Position numbers and translations under genes: made by a program. DNA of 61,607 nt, filler included, from Sphacelaria rigidula (lineage: Eukaryota), in the NCBI GenBank assembly GCA_964200075.2. It is 3 parts of 3 records of this genome, joined end to end, with 100 filler letters (N's around TTAATTAATTAA, not from the genome) between each part and the next. Parts side by side here need not be neighbours in the genome. Positions count along the whole stretch, not along the records: positions 1 to 20,473 come from CAXNAA020000526.1; 2 more parts are not named here. One strand, written 5' to 3'. Shown one piece after another: positions 1 through 12,360 of this stretch; within the stretch, counting starts at the first letter, position 1; the number at the start of each line of letters is the position of its first letter. The notes beneath the pieces were generated by a model. The model searched no databases and was not told where the DNA came from. It saw only the letters and a program-made list of their open reading frames with translations.

Positions 1-67
1 CCCGGCATTGTAGGGATGCGAGGTCAATGGTCTGATGACTATGGCATGCATGATCATGAGTACACCC
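1..67 (+). mobile_element. Family C repeat (cut by window edge)
   Basis: Near-identical to 21708-21775. Confidence 0.85.
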
Positions 68-299
68 ACCCCCACACGCACAGATCAGAGTTATACGAAA
101 GCGGCGGGGAGTATCTCTCGAGTAGTACATTTCCATTCACATTTAATAGCAGTGCCGTTTGGTGCCAACCAATGAGCAACCCCTGTTCTACGAGTACAGA
201 TGCTGGCGAACCAGCGACGGGACGAGCACGAGTGTGACTCGTGGCACTCGCACTCATCGAGCTGTATGCTCGTTGGCCGTGAAAATTACTAGGGCAAGT

Positions 300-482
300 A
301 CTCGAGTCATTGATAGCACGAGCGCTCGAGTCATTGCTCGTTGTAAAAAAAATTAATGACTCGAGGGCACGAGTCATTGCTTGTTGTAAAAAGAAGTGAT
401 GACTCGAGCACACGAGTCATGCTCGTTGTGTTTCAAAGAAAACATTCACAAGTGCACTTGTTTCGACGAGTGATGACTCGTC
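300..482. repeat. Short tandem array of ~43-bp self-complementary units
   Basis: cgagtcattgc(t)cgttgtaaaaa..atgactcg repeated; each unit is bounded by CGAGTCAT/ATGACTCG. Confidence 0.7.
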
Positions 483-627
483 CGACGTGTGCAACAATTC
501 GAAAGGTGCATGTGACCGTCTATCGAATAAATTCTTGATTCTCAATCCGATTTTCTACTCTCAATCTCACGAAAACATCGTTAATTGACGTTTTCTTCGG
601 CAAGATACGGTTGTTTTTCTACAAGTG

Positions 628-671
628 TTGATGATGCTGATGCTGATGATGATGATGCTGCTGATGATGAT
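628..671. repeat. (GAT/GCT)n imperfect microsatellite
   Basis: Directly visible. Confidence 0.9.
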
Positions 672-879
672 ACAGCCCACCAAAACGGTGCACCACTCTA
701 AGTTCAAGTACACTAATGTGACAGATTCGTGCGCCGAACTCGAAGTGACATTTTTGTCCCGGTGACGAAAGCTCGCATATAGGAGTTTGTACTGTTTTTC
801 GCGAGTTCTGTCGATGCATACAATTGGAAACACTTCACGTGGCGTGAAATTATGGGACATACACAACCCGACCGCTCCA

Positions 880-1049
880 GGGCTTCATTTTCGGTGCATC
901 CGTGACGTATGCTTCTGGATTCTTCTTTGATCTTCCACAATAAAATTTGTTGCCGTCGGTCTTGTTTGTTTCCATCCTCTCTTTGTCAGGGCTTGAACGA
1001 ATGAGGCGTCTGGCCCCGGGACGGTAGGGGAGGTTCCCTTAAGGGTTAA
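880..1049. mobile_element. piggyBac-like element terminus (inverted relative to 1821-1995)
   Basis: Ends in tcccttaagggTTAA and is reverse-complement similar to 1821-1995 (aatgaggcgtctggcc / ggccagacgcctcatt). Confidence 0.6.
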
Positions 1050-1057
1050 CGACGGAA

Positions 1058-1147
1058 CGAAAAAAAAGAAGGACATGTTGGGATTCGAACTCGTGACCTC
1101 CATAAGTGGAGTCTCCTACGAGTATATCACTTGGATTACAGGGGTGC
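1058..1147 (-). other. tRNA-like pseudogene / SINE head
   Basis: Minus strand gcacccctgtaatccaagtg...cacgagttcgaatccc followed by oligo-T; the acceptor stem does not pair. Confidence 0.55.
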
Positions 1148-1820
1148 AGCGGTGTCACACAAAAAGTGCCAGGCTGGGCCCAATTTCAGGAGATTTTGTC
1201 CGAATTTTTACTAGGATCTCCTACACGCAAGTACGTACAACATCTCTGGGGATGCCGCCGTTTTTCGTTTGTTTGACGGAGCTATGAACATTTTTCTAGT
1301 TTTTGCTGAAATTTCAAATCGCTCCAACGTTTTGCTCTTCAGGTCTTTCTTGGCATCTCGAGAAATGTTGCGCTTGTTGAAAAAAATGTCGTGTCAAAAT
1401 TTCAGCGCCTTACTCCTCAAATCTAGCACCGCGGGAGGAGAAAACATTCAAGAATCACCATCAGCTGGCCAAGCTCGTACACACACCGTTTTTTTCAGAT
1501 TCAGTTGAATTTTGGTGAACAGGTTTTTCCCGAAACCTTGACGTCAAGCGAATCAGAGAAGTGGGCTAGATTCCCTTCAGTGAGGTGATGCAAAGTGTCC
1601 AAGACACTTGCCGGCCAAAATCCCTGATCGGGGGAAAACTGTGAAGTGTCGAAAACTGAAAGATCCAACCAAAGCAAATTCTTGCCTTACAAGAAGAGAT
1701 GGCCTAACCAAAGCCCCAAGTCATCTACTGGTGTTGCGAGCCCTGTCTGGTGGGTACATCTAGGTAGATTTGCCGCGTTGTCTGTTGAAACAGCTCAACC
1801 GTCCTCATTTACACGCCATT

Positions 1821-1995
1821 TTACCCCTTTGGGAATCCTCCCCTTCCGTCCCCAGGCCAGACGCCTCATTACTTCAAGCCTTGACAAAGAACAAAATATG
1901 GTAACAGAAAAGACCGACGGCAACCATTTTTACGGCGGAAGGCCACATAAGAATCCACCATCATACGTCATGCGCGCACCAGAAATGTCACCCCG
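1821..1995. mobile_element. piggyBac-like element terminus
   Basis: Starts ttacccctttggga (compare ttaacccttttggga at 38799) and is an inverted homologue of 880-1049. Confidence 0.55.
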
Positions 1996-2339
1996 GTGCG
2001 GTCGGATTAGTTTTGTCCGGTGAGGGGACGCAACGGGTCAGGTGTGTTCAACTTTGTGCACAGCCAAAATTAGCACTTGCGTTCCTGAACTCTTTACAAA
2101 CAAAAATCGGCACCCGTGCTGCCCTCGCGCACATTTTTATACGGTTCTGAAAACACCCCTCGGGCGAATATTTTGCGTGAAGCTGTACAAACTCGAACCA
2201 TTTATCGTTAAAAAAACAGCACCTCGAAATCCATACTCTTCCATCGCCAGTGCCAAAATGGTTAATCTCAATATATGCACTCGAGGAACTTGGTGTGTAT
2301 GTGAGGAATCAAATGGTGATGGAATTCCAGAAAAAAAAA

Positions 2340-2750
2340 CGTGAGACCACGTTGCATGGGAACGACGAGGTCTCACGAAATATTTCCAGTGTTTCTTTCT
2401 CCTGTTATTAAAAAAAAGTATCCATCATTCAATCGTGCGCGTTCTCGACCCATGGGGAACTTTTCTATTGGGCGGTGGACTTTGTTTCTGGATGTGCCCG
2501 AAAAATCAGGGCTTTTCACAGGACGGGACGGGAAGTGCAGCCTCGAGAATAGTCGGGGCGAAACGGGTACTTGCCTAGAAAATTGACGGGACAAGACGAC
2601 CACTTTTTCCATTGCCTGAAGAAATTGCGGGACGGGACGGGATGGCCCGTTCCGTCCCGTCACCAAGGGAAATACGAAACCCGTTCAATGAGATTTGTTC
2701 CGTCCTCACGGCGTAGCTCGTATCGTAACCCCGAACCAACTGCTGAGACC
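2340..2750. mobile_element. DNA-transposon remnant with GGGAC(GG) subterminal repeats
   Basis: Multiple gggacgggac / gtcccgt motifs; gggacgggatggcccgt is shared with 5116-5135. Confidence 0.55.
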
Positions 2751-2784
2751 GGAATTTTGAAAGAACTTGGTGGCTTTGATTCTT

Positions 2785-2920
2785 CATACCCTGGACAAGG
2801 GATTATGTTGTCAAAAAATGTACCGCGTACAGTATGGAATCTATTTTCTGTTGCAATAGGCGTAATAGTCGATACTGTACGCAGTGCACTTTTTTATTGT
2901 AGTCTGTTGTCCAGGGTATG
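2785..2920. mobile_element. Older copy of the same hAT-type MITE
   Basis: Same TIR CATACCCTGGACAA / TTGTCCAGGGTATG with a diverged interior; TSD tgattctt/taattctt (7 of 8). Confidence 0.85.
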
Positions 2921-4789
2921 TAATTCTTCGGCGTCCGAACAAAGCGAATAACAGCAGTTTTGACTGTAAAAAAGTACTTACAACGATTGAATCGAAGGCA
3001 ACCAAGAGCGAACACTGCTCACATGGTACCAACTCTAACAAGTACCAAAGAAGTCAACACCCAAATCACTAACTGGGGCAATTCTGGCTGGTGGCTGGAC
3101 TCCTCGGCTTCATCAAATGTCCTGCCAACATTCGGCATGTGTTTCTCATGATCATATCGGTCCATGTCAACACTGCCTGTACTACACATGAGCGCTGCAA
3201 AGTGAAGAGCTGAAGAACGGTCTTGCACGGTACAGATGCAAGTTGCACATGGTATATCTTAGTCCATCACCGAACATGGCACATCCCCATGCACGTTTCT
3301 CCGACAGCGGATCGAGGCCAGCACACTTTTGATTGCTGATGATGCTACTTGGACAGCTCATTGATGACATGTTACAGTGTTACAGTGCAGTATTCACTAC
3401 TTGACAGATGGAGGCCACTATGCAAGAAAAGCTGGTGGTGCTGCGGCAGTTTGGTGATAATACACTACAGCGCCGATTGCTGTACTTACTGTATTGGCTA
3501 CTACTGTACTGTACTGAAACGTCGACACAATTTCAAAAGCAAAGTGACCGTAATTTATGCCAGTCACCAGTTGGTCTTGTGCCAAGTGTACCCAAATATA
3601 AACTTCAGGTTTAGAGAGATCCAATTATCGAGTTTAGACTCTCCTCCTTGCGCTTCTCGATTATTTTCGTTCGGTTGTGCTCAAGCTAGAGCACCATTTT
3701 CTCAGGAAGATCTACTAGGCTATTCGACCTTGGAACATCACTCGCCACTCCAAGAAACTCTAAGCGCAAATGAAACGATTCATGCTTGGTGCTTGTTTTG
3801 TTCCCATAACTTTCTAGCTTTAGTTCCAGGGTCACTCATCCGTGGAATAAGCATTATTTTCACTTGAAAAGTGGACGAAAACCCGAGGTGACGCACCCCG
3901 GCGGTACGGGTTTTACCGGCTTGGGGTCATAGCTACACTACTTCGTTGCAAAGCGCAAGCCGGTAGCTGCTCATGAACGCTGATCTCTTGGTACAGGACG
4001 ATGAGGAACGCGAAGGGATGTTGCCTGCGGAGGATACTACTGCAGAGGAAGGTGGCTTGACCCCTACACCGGGTAATGGCGGCAGCACGGCGCAGAGGGT
4101 GGCGACCCGATAATGCCAGCAGACGCTCTTCTGAGCGATGGAGGATGCCATAAGATCTACTTTGGAGGCAACATGCGACAGGAGTGAGACCAACGATATT
4201 GCATCATGCCTTGTTCTGGTGGAATGGTGCCGCTTCGTTGACTTAACCCCAGCCATGTCCTATAACCGGCGTAAGATCTTACGACGATCTCCTCCATCGC
4301 TCGGACAAGAAGCGTGTCCTGGCATCTAATCCCCATCCTTCCTCTGCAGCAGCATTCTCCACCTGAAACATGCCTTCCCAGTAATCACCGTCCTCTAGCA
4401 AAATATTGGTGTTCATCTGCTGCTACTACGGGTGTTGTTTTGCCATCAACTAGCAGTGGCCCTGAGCCGGTTACGATCTTATGACATGGTCGTCTGGACC
4501 TTTTGGCCGTTTCTCTGCATACGGCTGCGCGCTATGTTGACGAACACCGCCGTCTTCTTGTCTAGAGGGAGGGCTCTGCAGTGTGTACAGCGAATTGAGC
4601 TGACGAACGTTTGAAATAGGGGCTCCAACTCCAGCAGAGCCTGACGAAAAATCTTGGTGTTTGTTCAGGAGATGATTCCACTGCTCATCAACCCGATCAT
4701 CTATTCATTTGGAATAAATATCTAGGTGGGAAATCTACGAACCTGTTGTTGGAGCGAATAAAATCGTTCACATTATTGCCCTTTAAATG

Positions 4790-5165
4790 TGTATCACGTC
4801 CCGCTGAGATTTGACGGGACAATCCTTTCCCGTTGACGGAATATCCCGTAAGGGCGGGACGGAACGTCCCGTGACATAACGGCAATAGGTTCTAGGGACT
4901 TCTCGTGAGAACGAAATGAGAACAGCGAAGACTGACTAGAAAGGCCCCGGGACAGGACGCGTACTGTTCCCGTTGCTTGAAAACATGACGGTCGGTACGG
5001 CACGTCCGAAAATTTGTCGGGCCGGAACGGAACAAGTACTTTTTCCGTTGGTTAAGATCATGACATAATGAGACGAGACGAAGAATGTGGACGTGAAAAT
5101 TCGTCAGGACGGGATGGGACGGGATGGCCCGTCCCGTGCCGACGATTGTCCGGTGAAACCCCCGT
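4790..5165. mobile_element. DNA-transposon remnant with GGGAC(GG) subterminal repeats
   Basis: Same motif set as 2340-2750. Confidence 0.55.
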
Positions 5166-5688
5166 ACAATCACAGCGCCGGCTGGTCCTACTACTTGACA
5201 GAAAATAGTCTGCGGCGCAAATAGGACTGACAGCAGCAAAAAGTAGCACAGGTAGATTTCCTGCAACTATATAGACGACTTGGAGTGCGCCGTGCGCTCT
5301 GTTCACACTTTCATCGCTCACACTATCGTGGGACACCAAATACGGCCTGGTGACGGTACCCGCTGGCGGTTTGGTACAAGTATGAAGATAGCCTGATTCT
5401 CGCCCGACTGCGGAAAAAAAAGGTGGATGTGTAGCTTACATCAATGCGACAACAGTAGTACCTGTTTTAGCTTCTGAATCATTGTCGTTCGGAGTTTATG
5501 GCCAAACAAATATCGGGGGAAATATCTACGATAACGCATGGAATTCTCACGCCCTTGGAGACAAATCTACATGTGTTGGATTGTTCACAACATGATTGAC
5601 AGTTGTGACCGGGGACTTTGAGAAGAGGAGCGCAACGGCAGTTCAAAGCCCGTGCCTAGTGACGTCCTCGTGTTTTTCTACATGTAGA

Positions 5689-5727
5689 TGTTGTTACTGT
5701 TGTTACTGTTGTTACTGTTGTTACTGT
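5689..5727. repeat. (TGTTGTTAC)n short tandem repeat
   Basis: Directly visible. Confidence 0.9.
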
Positions 5728-7108
5728 CTCCACATTGAAACCGTTGCGATATCTGCATAATACCTTCTAACTTCCAAATTGGGTATCTGATGCGGGACGC
5801 CTTCCGTGATCAGGGGTTAACTACCCAAAGAAACATGAAAAGATGCAAACAATAGAAAAGGACCCAGAGAAATTAACACAGACGCGAAGCAATGAAGAAA
5901 TGATGATAACCGCAGAAGAGTCGATTCCGCGGGCGTGCATTCCAACTGGAGGAGATGTATCCCATTGCCCCAATCCACAAGCGAAGCCAAGCGAAAATGA
6001 AGGCGGATGTGTGTTTCGGGGATCCCCTTGATTGAACCTAGATTCGAAATCGAAAATTAAAACGCCATCAGGTATGGCTTTTGAGTAATTGATGCTCTCT
6101 TCTTCCCGAATTTTCGGGTCTCACATCTCAAATCTCGAGCGGACCCTCGCTGGAGTTAGTACCGGGTCTTATAGTGGGACCAGCCTGTTGTGTGTAACAT
6201 AATATGTGTGCCGGTGGTGCAAACTCGATAGCTACCCAGCCAAAACCCTTTGATCAAGGCTAGCGTTGCTGGCAAGGGGTACTTCTAGCAGCAATTGACA
6301 CATGTAAAACCTTGCCGCATTCCAATGGTGTATCGACTGATGATGGGTCAGAGCAACGGAGGTGACATGTCTAGAATTAGTGCTTGTCTTCGGTGTGGGA
6401 AAAATGAACGTACACCAGCTTTAGTCCCACGTTGTGCCTGCACAACCTACATCACGCACAGGGATTTTCAGCATATACGCCGAAATAGCCCCGAGCGTCG
6501 TCCCTGCTCAGCTACACACACACGCGGTTTATTTCGGCAGGAATCTGTCCACTACTTGGCGGGCTACGGCAGTCTGTGTCGGCACCAACATCACAGACGG
6601 TATAATAGCTGTTTTTCGGCTGTGGAGACCAACTTGAGGGTTTCAAACGTACTGCGATGACGGCACTGCACTGCTTGTTTCAGGAGCACTGCACTCGAAT
6701 CGATGTTGCTCACAAAAAGTTGCCACGGCATCGTTACCAAATCTCAACAGTTCACAATATTCCCCCCGACTATCTCTGCTCTTGCTCATCTAAAACTATT
6801 GGTGGAGAGTGACGCGAGTGTTGTGTGCTTCAAGCCTATTTGCTAGCGGAGGCAAAAGAAGTCGGGTATGATGCCACGGTCGCGCGATCACAACTTAATG
6901 GGAGTACTTTCGATCACCATTTTGTTGATCGACAATACCTGCACTGTTCGATACTCTGGGCAGGCACTTAATTCCTCCCGAACGAGGAAGCTGGTAATGT
7001 CGCTTGCGTGAAATTCCCCACGCCTAATGTGGCAAAATGAAAAATCTGAAAAAAATCACCGAAGAAACTCGCCCGTGCGACTTTTTCGTCCTCACCACAA
7101 TTGCTCAC

Positions 7109-7219
7109 CAAAAAAATGTCATGGTTCGCCAGTTGCAATCGCTCCTGAAGCATGGACTTTCTGACACCGTCACAGTCTGTCCGAAGCAGAACTCGCAGTA
7201 GCCTGACTTCTGGATTCAA
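7109..7219 (-). CDS. Exon of PAC/At4g37920-like gene (LNPEVRLL...HDIFL)
   Basis: 111 nt, phase 0-0, gcgcag| ... |gtgagc. Confidence 0.75.
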
Positions 7220-10200
7220 CTGCGCGGATAGTACAGTGCGCATCAACAAGGGCAACGTCTTCGATGGGCGCATAGCCATCCGTCAACCGTCGGCACTCCG
7301 TGATCACCTCAAGTGAAATCTAATAGTGCAATGAATGACTACAACGCTCTCACTCAGAACATGAGCACGTATCCCATGTGGATCCGAGGTGGGTCGAAGC
7401 TTGCGTAGCTCCTTCTCCGTCAGTAAACATCATCGGCCTACTCTGCAGAGCTCGTAACTCTGCGGTGCGTTGTAACATTTATGCAGCTCATTGACCTCCT
7501 CTGCACTGCCTGTAACTCTGCGGTACACACGATGAGACACCTACGGACAGAGAATAAATGAACAGGGCAACCTGTGCTGTGCCCTGAGAATAACATACGA
7601 AGACGGCTCAACGTTGGGCGTAAACGGATTGTTCCATTGGGTATTGTACCCGACAACACCGGTAGGAGTGCACCGATCGCTTACGCACTGCAGAGAGGCG
7701 TCAACCAAGAGCCCCGCAATAGATGAACACCGACCGGTACAGCTTCATGTAACACCCCAAACTGAACAGATTGCCGCAGTGTGATGAATGGCGAGATTTC
7801 GACTGCTGCGAGACATGGGCATGCCCTTAAACAGGGGCACTCTTCACTCTTGCACTTACGAATATCGAACTCATTAATACCAAACATTCATAAAGCTTTT
7901 GATTTTAGCTCGTGTCCACGTACCCGCTCATCCTGGAGTTCATTGATGAACGCACCAAGGTGCGTTAGAAGCATCACCGCGTTCTCGGCGCCCTCGGCCT
8001 CCTTTGCCTGCAGCGAAAGTCCGAAAAGTACAAAGTGGGCGCAAGTCAACGGAACAGCGATCGTTTCTCTGTTCCGATTGATGGAGAGGCTGCCTATTCC
8101 GATCTCACCAAGTGAGAAATCCCACCTATGAGCGGGGTTCGCCAGCAAACAGGAAAATGAACGGTAGGTGTTTTCGCAATGAAAACCATAAAATAGCACT
8201 CGGCCGATTATGGGCAAACATGGGCGAACAGTGGAGCCGTTTGACCATTGCTCCCTGAAAATAACGAGGAGAGATGACATTCTCAGGTAGTCCGACGACC
8301 ATACTTTCATGGTATGTCTTCACTGATCATAAGTCGAAAAATGCCAGCGCCTCTCGAATCAGACCATACTCTTCACTTCTGAGGCCAACTCTTATGGGAG
8401 CGTTTGAAATTTTATTTTGCAACAATTTCAGATGTTTTTTTTTTTTTGCCATCATGGTGAACGGGCACAAAATACACAACTGCGGCAAAGAAGGAAAAAA
8501 AGTCGATTAAAATTATAGCAAAATAAAATTCTAAACGCTCCCATAATAGTTGGCCTGAGACAGGCAAAAAGTACGAAAATGAGCTTTGTTCGGCCGAGCG
8601 TTTTACTCTACAGCTAATGTTTCATCGTTACAAGTCACCTCTTGTATTTTCTTCAGCAGAATCAATTTCATGGCTCCGGGTTGATTCATCTCGTCTATTC
8701 TTCACGAGGGATTACAAGCTTCTACTCGGAATCAACCCCCGGAACCATGTAGGATGCTACAACAATAGCGGATGCGGTTTAGTACATTTCTGATGCACAA
8801 CAAATTTCTTGTCGGGCAGAGGGAGAACACCGCATACAAAGGGCGTGGTGCACTTCCTCCGCATGCGCTTCGAGTACCGTGGACCAGTGACTAACATCTT
8901 CCTGCTGTCTCCCTACAGCGCGACATTGCTCACCCTTTGCAGGTTCATGTTTATCATCACCATGAATGCCATATCCAGCTTTCCTTCTCGAAATAACCGT
9001 CGGATATTGCTCTCCATCTGTTTGATGTCTGGTGCCTGGGTGCGAAGGCGAGGGGGTTTGATAGATGGACAAGAAGCTCACGCAATGTTTGTAACTAGAC
9101 CACCGACCGACGCCTTAATCAGACAGAAAAGATCACACATCGGACAGCTCATGAGGTACCTGGATATTACTTCTTATTAGAGTACTGATCCGGATCATGA
9201 GCTAGCTCACTTGGCCACTATTTCCGTATTAGCTCTCGACAGCGATGGACGGCGAGCACGAGGTGTACAATAGCGGGAAGGTAGCGCTTTGGCTTCTCGG
9301 ACACTGGTGTCACGGGTTTCCTGTTTTTGTACAGAAGATCTGAGAGTTCCCTTCGATTAGTTATTTCAGGTAGCTTACAGTAGCTCATGAGCTGTCCGAC
9401 GTGTGTAAAAGTTACTGCAAAAACAGCAGCTCTCTTCGGACTGCTCACAAATGTCGTGCACGTCATCGTAGACTAAAACAGCCATAGAACGAACACAAGG
9501 ATCTCGGGATCTTTCCGACCTGGTTCTGTACGTACATGTCTAGTTGATCGCACAATTACCTCGATGCTGACACCGCTAAGAATAGGACGTGTACACAACC
9601 GAGTGCTGCGTGCAAGACACGAGATTCATCTGCTTGTAAGTACCGTTCTGATCATGACGATCAATCATTGCTGTACACAGTATCGAAACACAGCGCGCAG
9701 ATGGAGGAAGGACGAGGGTAAGCTACAGTTGCGCTCATGGAAACGAACCAAATCTAAGACCCGCCGCAGATTCGTGTCAGCTGCTGCCAGTCTCCTTTGC
9801 ATGGCCATATTGATCTCCTCCTCAACCTTCTTGAGCGCGATTCCCTGCTTAGCGGCAGCGACGGTGAGATATCGGGATTGACAAAACCAGCTTGAAAAAT
9901 CTGGTATCAAGAAGCCTTGATTGGGCACATGAAAGCTGCGGTATTTCGCTACGGCGGTCAACTTGCAGCGACTGCTTCAATCACTCGCAGCATCCGCATC
10001 ATATGGGCAGAGAAGGTGAAACTGACCTTGTCGGTTTGCTCTCCTGCAGCCTCAATTTTCCCGTGCAGGTATGTTAGCAGCGCATGGTCACATAAATCCA
10101 GGTACTCCTCGACCGTCGCGGTCATATTGCCGTTCTGAGGAGAAATAAACTGATCGATGAGAGCGTCGAGCGCTGGATGCGCCTCGGTAGCAGAAGCCAC

Positions 10201-10419
10201 TGCCATCTGCGCTGTTTCGTCTCCGTCGGATGCCCGAAGCGTAGCCACGGTACGTCGAGGTTGCTTCCCCAACCCGCTTTCAACAGCTCGAAAAAAATGT
10301 GGTGCAAACGAGGCGCGTGGAAGGACATGGTCCCGATTGCACCTTGCCGAATTCTCCTTGAGGACCTCCGTCAGTCGATTCAGAGGCCGCCCATGGATGA
10401 AAGATGGAAACGGGCCCGC
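7109..10419 (-). CDS. Spliced host gene (partial at both ends), probable plastid alpha-helical protein of the PALE CRESS / At4g37920(CDB1)-like family
   Basis: Five exons joined by canonical phase-0 GT-AG introns (10419-10027, 9844-9749, 9035-8934, 8007-7924, 7219-7109) give a continuous frame: ...MAVASATEAHPALDALIDQF...GEQTDK|GIALKKVEEEINMAMQRRLAAADTNLRRVLDL|APDIKQMESNIRRLFREGKLDMAFMVMINMNLQR|AKEAEGAENAVMLLTHLGAFINELQDER|LNPEVRLLRVLLRTDCDGVRKSMLQERL. The family call rests on recalled resemblance (LD...P.E.RLL..LL..D...R); the gene structure is more certain than the product. Confidence 0.8.
7924..8007 (-). CDS. Exon of PAC/At4g37920-like gene (AKEAEG...LQDER)
   Basis: 84 nt, phase 0-0, ctgcag| ... 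|gtacgt. Confidence 0.8.
8367..8573. mobile_element. Intronic MITE, TA-flanked
   Basis: aggccaactcttatgggagcgttt..aattttattttgc versus gcaaaataaaatt..aaacgctcccataatagttggcct. Confidence 0.7.
8934..9035 (-). CDS. Exon of PAC/At4g37920-like gene (APDIKQ...MNLQR)
   Basis: 102 nt, phase 0-0, cccag| ... |gtgagc; too short for the ORF track. Confidence 0.8.
9749..9844 (-). CDS. Exon of PAC/At4g37920-like gene (GIALKK...RVLDL)
   Basis: 96 nt, phase 0-0, cag| ... |gttcgt. Confidence 0.75.
10027..10419 (-). CDS. Exon of PAC/At4g37920-like gene (Arg/Ser/Ala-rich leader plus first helical segment)
   Basis: Acceptor ttgcag|g and donor aag|gtcagt; lies within ORF 9958..10470. The 5' boundary is uncertain. 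Confidence 0.7.
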
Positions 10420-10890
10420 CTGCAAATATACAGATACGTGGGCACAACACTTCAGCCAACATCTAAACATATCCGACGGCTGCCCCCATGAAACTCGTTA
10501 TTCGTGCGGGATGAATCGAATTGACATTATTCCTGTCAGCGATTCATGCAGCGTCTTTGATGAGGCATTGGGCTCGAGGGAGAGGGGGGAGGGGGTCGGA
10601 TTCAAGCCACTCAATTGATCGCTGACTGGTGTGCCGAGTAGTAACTCGCTAGTTCAATTCGCGTAAAAGTACGGATGGGATGAGACGAGGAAGCATAAAA
10701 ATTGTTCCGCGTGTACTCTGAACTACTCAAGTTCGGCAAGTGTCCAACAATTCCCTTTTTTTCAAGAGTCACAGTGTCAAGTTATCCCGTTGCATTGTCC
10801 TCTGTGTATTATGAAGGGTCGATTGTTTGTGATTGGATGAGGTTTGCATTACACCGCATAGATATCGTAATTCCATGTTGTGTCAACGCA

Positions 10891-10994
10891 GGTACACCGA
10901 GTGTACAAAGCAAATCTCGCGGGGTTGAGTGGGGTGTCAGTTTTCCAGCCTCATGGGTACACCGAGTGTACAATGCAAATCTCGCGGGGTTGAG
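10891..10994 (+). repeat. Direct repeat, 2 x ~39 bp
   Basis: ggtacaccgagtgtacaa(a/t)gcaaatctcgcggggttgag at 10891 and 10956. Confidence 0.8.
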
Positions 10995-11164
10995 CAGGGT
11001 ATGCATTTGTTCATCTTTGCTCGATGAAAGTAGCCTCATGGAGGTCGTAGAGGGAGCAAAACCGTACTGGTACTATGCATCGTTTAACCCTCTTGAAACC
11101 AGCGGGGCTTGCCCGTGGTATACATCGGGTTGACTGTTTTCGTCCTTCATTTTTTCAGCCCGCT

Positions 11165-11166
<2 letters not shown>

Positions 11167-11208
<42 letters not shown>
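11167..11208. repeat. (GT)n microsatellite
   Basis: Directly visible. Confidence 0.98.
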
Positions 11209-11210
<2 letters not shown>

Positions 11211-12021
11211 CATTTCACAACCTCTCACTTGTGACTGTTCTCTACTCTGCACGCACAGAAAAAGTCGACAGCAGTACAGTAAGTACACTACAGTCCTTGT
11301 TTATGTACGTACTGCCCGAAAATGACCATATCTTGCGGACAAACGGTCAGTGCTGATAGGCAGGATGCACTCATCTACACTACAAGCGGTTGTTCGAATA
11401 CACTGCAGCTCTAAGGATGCTGCTGCGGTGCCAGAACCTCTGCGTGCTTATCCGTGTCGGCAATTGCTGGCGAGAAAAATGGATCCTGATGCTGCCCAGC
11501 AGCACTGTGTTGTACTGCGCGTTAGTGTATGAGGTGCATAAAAATGCCCTCCTGTACGATGTAGTCCATAAACATGTAGTCAGTGCTGCTGCTGCGTTGA
11601 CGCTTCCGCACCACAAGGCTGATGGTACCTACTACAGAGTAGCATTGTTAGAGTAAGGTGTGAGGTGTGGTGATCGGCGGCAACTATCACTTGCGTCCAC
11701 CAGTTGTCGTGTCGTCGTGTGCAAACGATGTTCTGGAGAGGAAGGTGCTGCCCATTCGTGGCCTGTCTTCCTGCACATGTCTTGCCCTATAACGGCGTAC
11801 AATCTCTATATAGGCAATCGCCTCAAAATATACCTTACTTCGTGACGTTTGACATTCTCCATCATGACCACCTCCACGGGCCCAATTATTTGTCGTTTCG
11901 CGGGTCCGCTATCCAAACGTTTGAGGCATGGGCTTATAAAACGAAGCCGGCATCGTACCATGTGACAATGTGTAGATTAAAGCGTGATGAATAATTGAAA
12001 GCCAGTATCATGCGCAACGTG

Positions 12022-12360
12022 AATTCTTCTTGATTTGATTCGTGCTAGAAAGGAGACTCATTCTCGTTCCCCACCCGGGATTGGGATTCATATGGCATGT
12101 AACGAGCTACATTTTCCCCACCTGTGGTTCACACGGCATGATCCCACCCGTGACGCGTACGGGATGTATCAAACTGACCCTATTCATTATATTCGTGGTC
12201 TTTGGGCAACACGAAGAAAAAATCACCCCTACAGAGGACGTATTAGTTCCATTCCACAGCGATATTCCCCCATCCCCAAACGGAGGGGAATGCCTAGTTC
12301 GACGAGAGTTCAAACCCGTTATATGCACGTGATAACGGCAGCTTTGATTCATAACTGCTC
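12022..12360 (-). mobile_element. Possible degenerate tRNA-derived SINE
   Basis: Minus strand has B-box-like acgggtttgaactc near the 5' end and an internal T-run; single copy in this window. Confidence 0.35.

Noticed and set aside
300..482. CRISPR-like array
   Set aside because: The intervening sequences are similar to each other rather than unique spacers, there are few units, no cas genes, and the context is eukaryotic.
1058..1147. Functional tRNA gene
   Set aside because: Good B-box, but no acceptor-stem pairing or canonical D arm.
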